Below, piece by piece: positions 35,472 through 35,675 of a DNA stretch of 35,675 nucleotides (position 1 is its first letter; each line of letters begins with the position of its first letter). The stretch spans positions 146,142 to 181,816 of the forward strand of contig NMRA01000590.1 in assembly GCA_002633005.1 (NCBI GenBank), in the 5' to 3' direction. Source of the DNA: Phoronis australis (Eukaryota; Animalia; Phoronida). The notes beneath the pieces were generated by a model. The model was not told the DNA's origin. It did no database searches and saw nothing but the letters and a program-made list of their open reading frames with translations. The position numbers and the translations under genes were made by a program.

Positions 35472-35675
35472 ACTTAAGTTTCTCGCTGAAAACTTAAGTT
35501 TTTGGCGAAAAAACTTAAGTTTTTGGAAAATAACTTAAGTTTTAGAGGAAAAACTTAAGTTCTTCCGAAAAACTTAAGTTTTTAAAAGAAACTTAAGTTT
35601 TTAAAACTTAAGTTTTTCGCCAAAAACTTAAGTTTTTCAGCACAATGTTAAGTTTTTCAGAAAACTTAAGTTTTT
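35472..35675. repeat. Array of the palindrome AAAACTTAAGTTTT with short variable spacers, ~11 copies, runs off window end
   Basis: AACTTAAGTT recurs every ~15-21 bp. Confidence 0.9.

Noticed and set aside
33598-35675. CRISPR-like appearance of the 45-bp array and the palindrome array
   Set aside because: No unique 25-45-bp spacers, no cas genes, and a eukaryotic context.

Overview
Repeat-dense eukaryotic DNA, probably from an invertebrate (inferred from the TE families and spliceosomal introns), with two assembly gaps and no intact gene. Its core is a three-layer nest. A minus-strand CR1/L2-group LINE (~2399-16440) is split inside its RT by a full-length, decayed L1/Tx1 LINE (3419-14424, 14-bp TSD). 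The 3' UTR of that L1/Tx1 holds a 5.06-kb IS630/Tc1/mariner-type DNA transposon (9290-14348, TA TSD). The transposon has near-perfect TIRs, subterminal CCGAC arrays, a Tc1-type transposase C-terminal relic and what looks like a second, four-exon gene I cannot identify. Upstream on the minus strand are two phase-compatible exons of a candidate secreted ZP-N-like host protein. The rest is MITEs (Harbinger-, Kolobok-, pogo- and hAT-like), RTE-X and Tx1 fragments, tandem arrays and a 1-kb foldback. The octamer TACATGTA, a known Tc1 excision footprint, occurs at least 12 times against about 1 expected. All protein-family calls are by eye and need HMM/BLAST confirmation.
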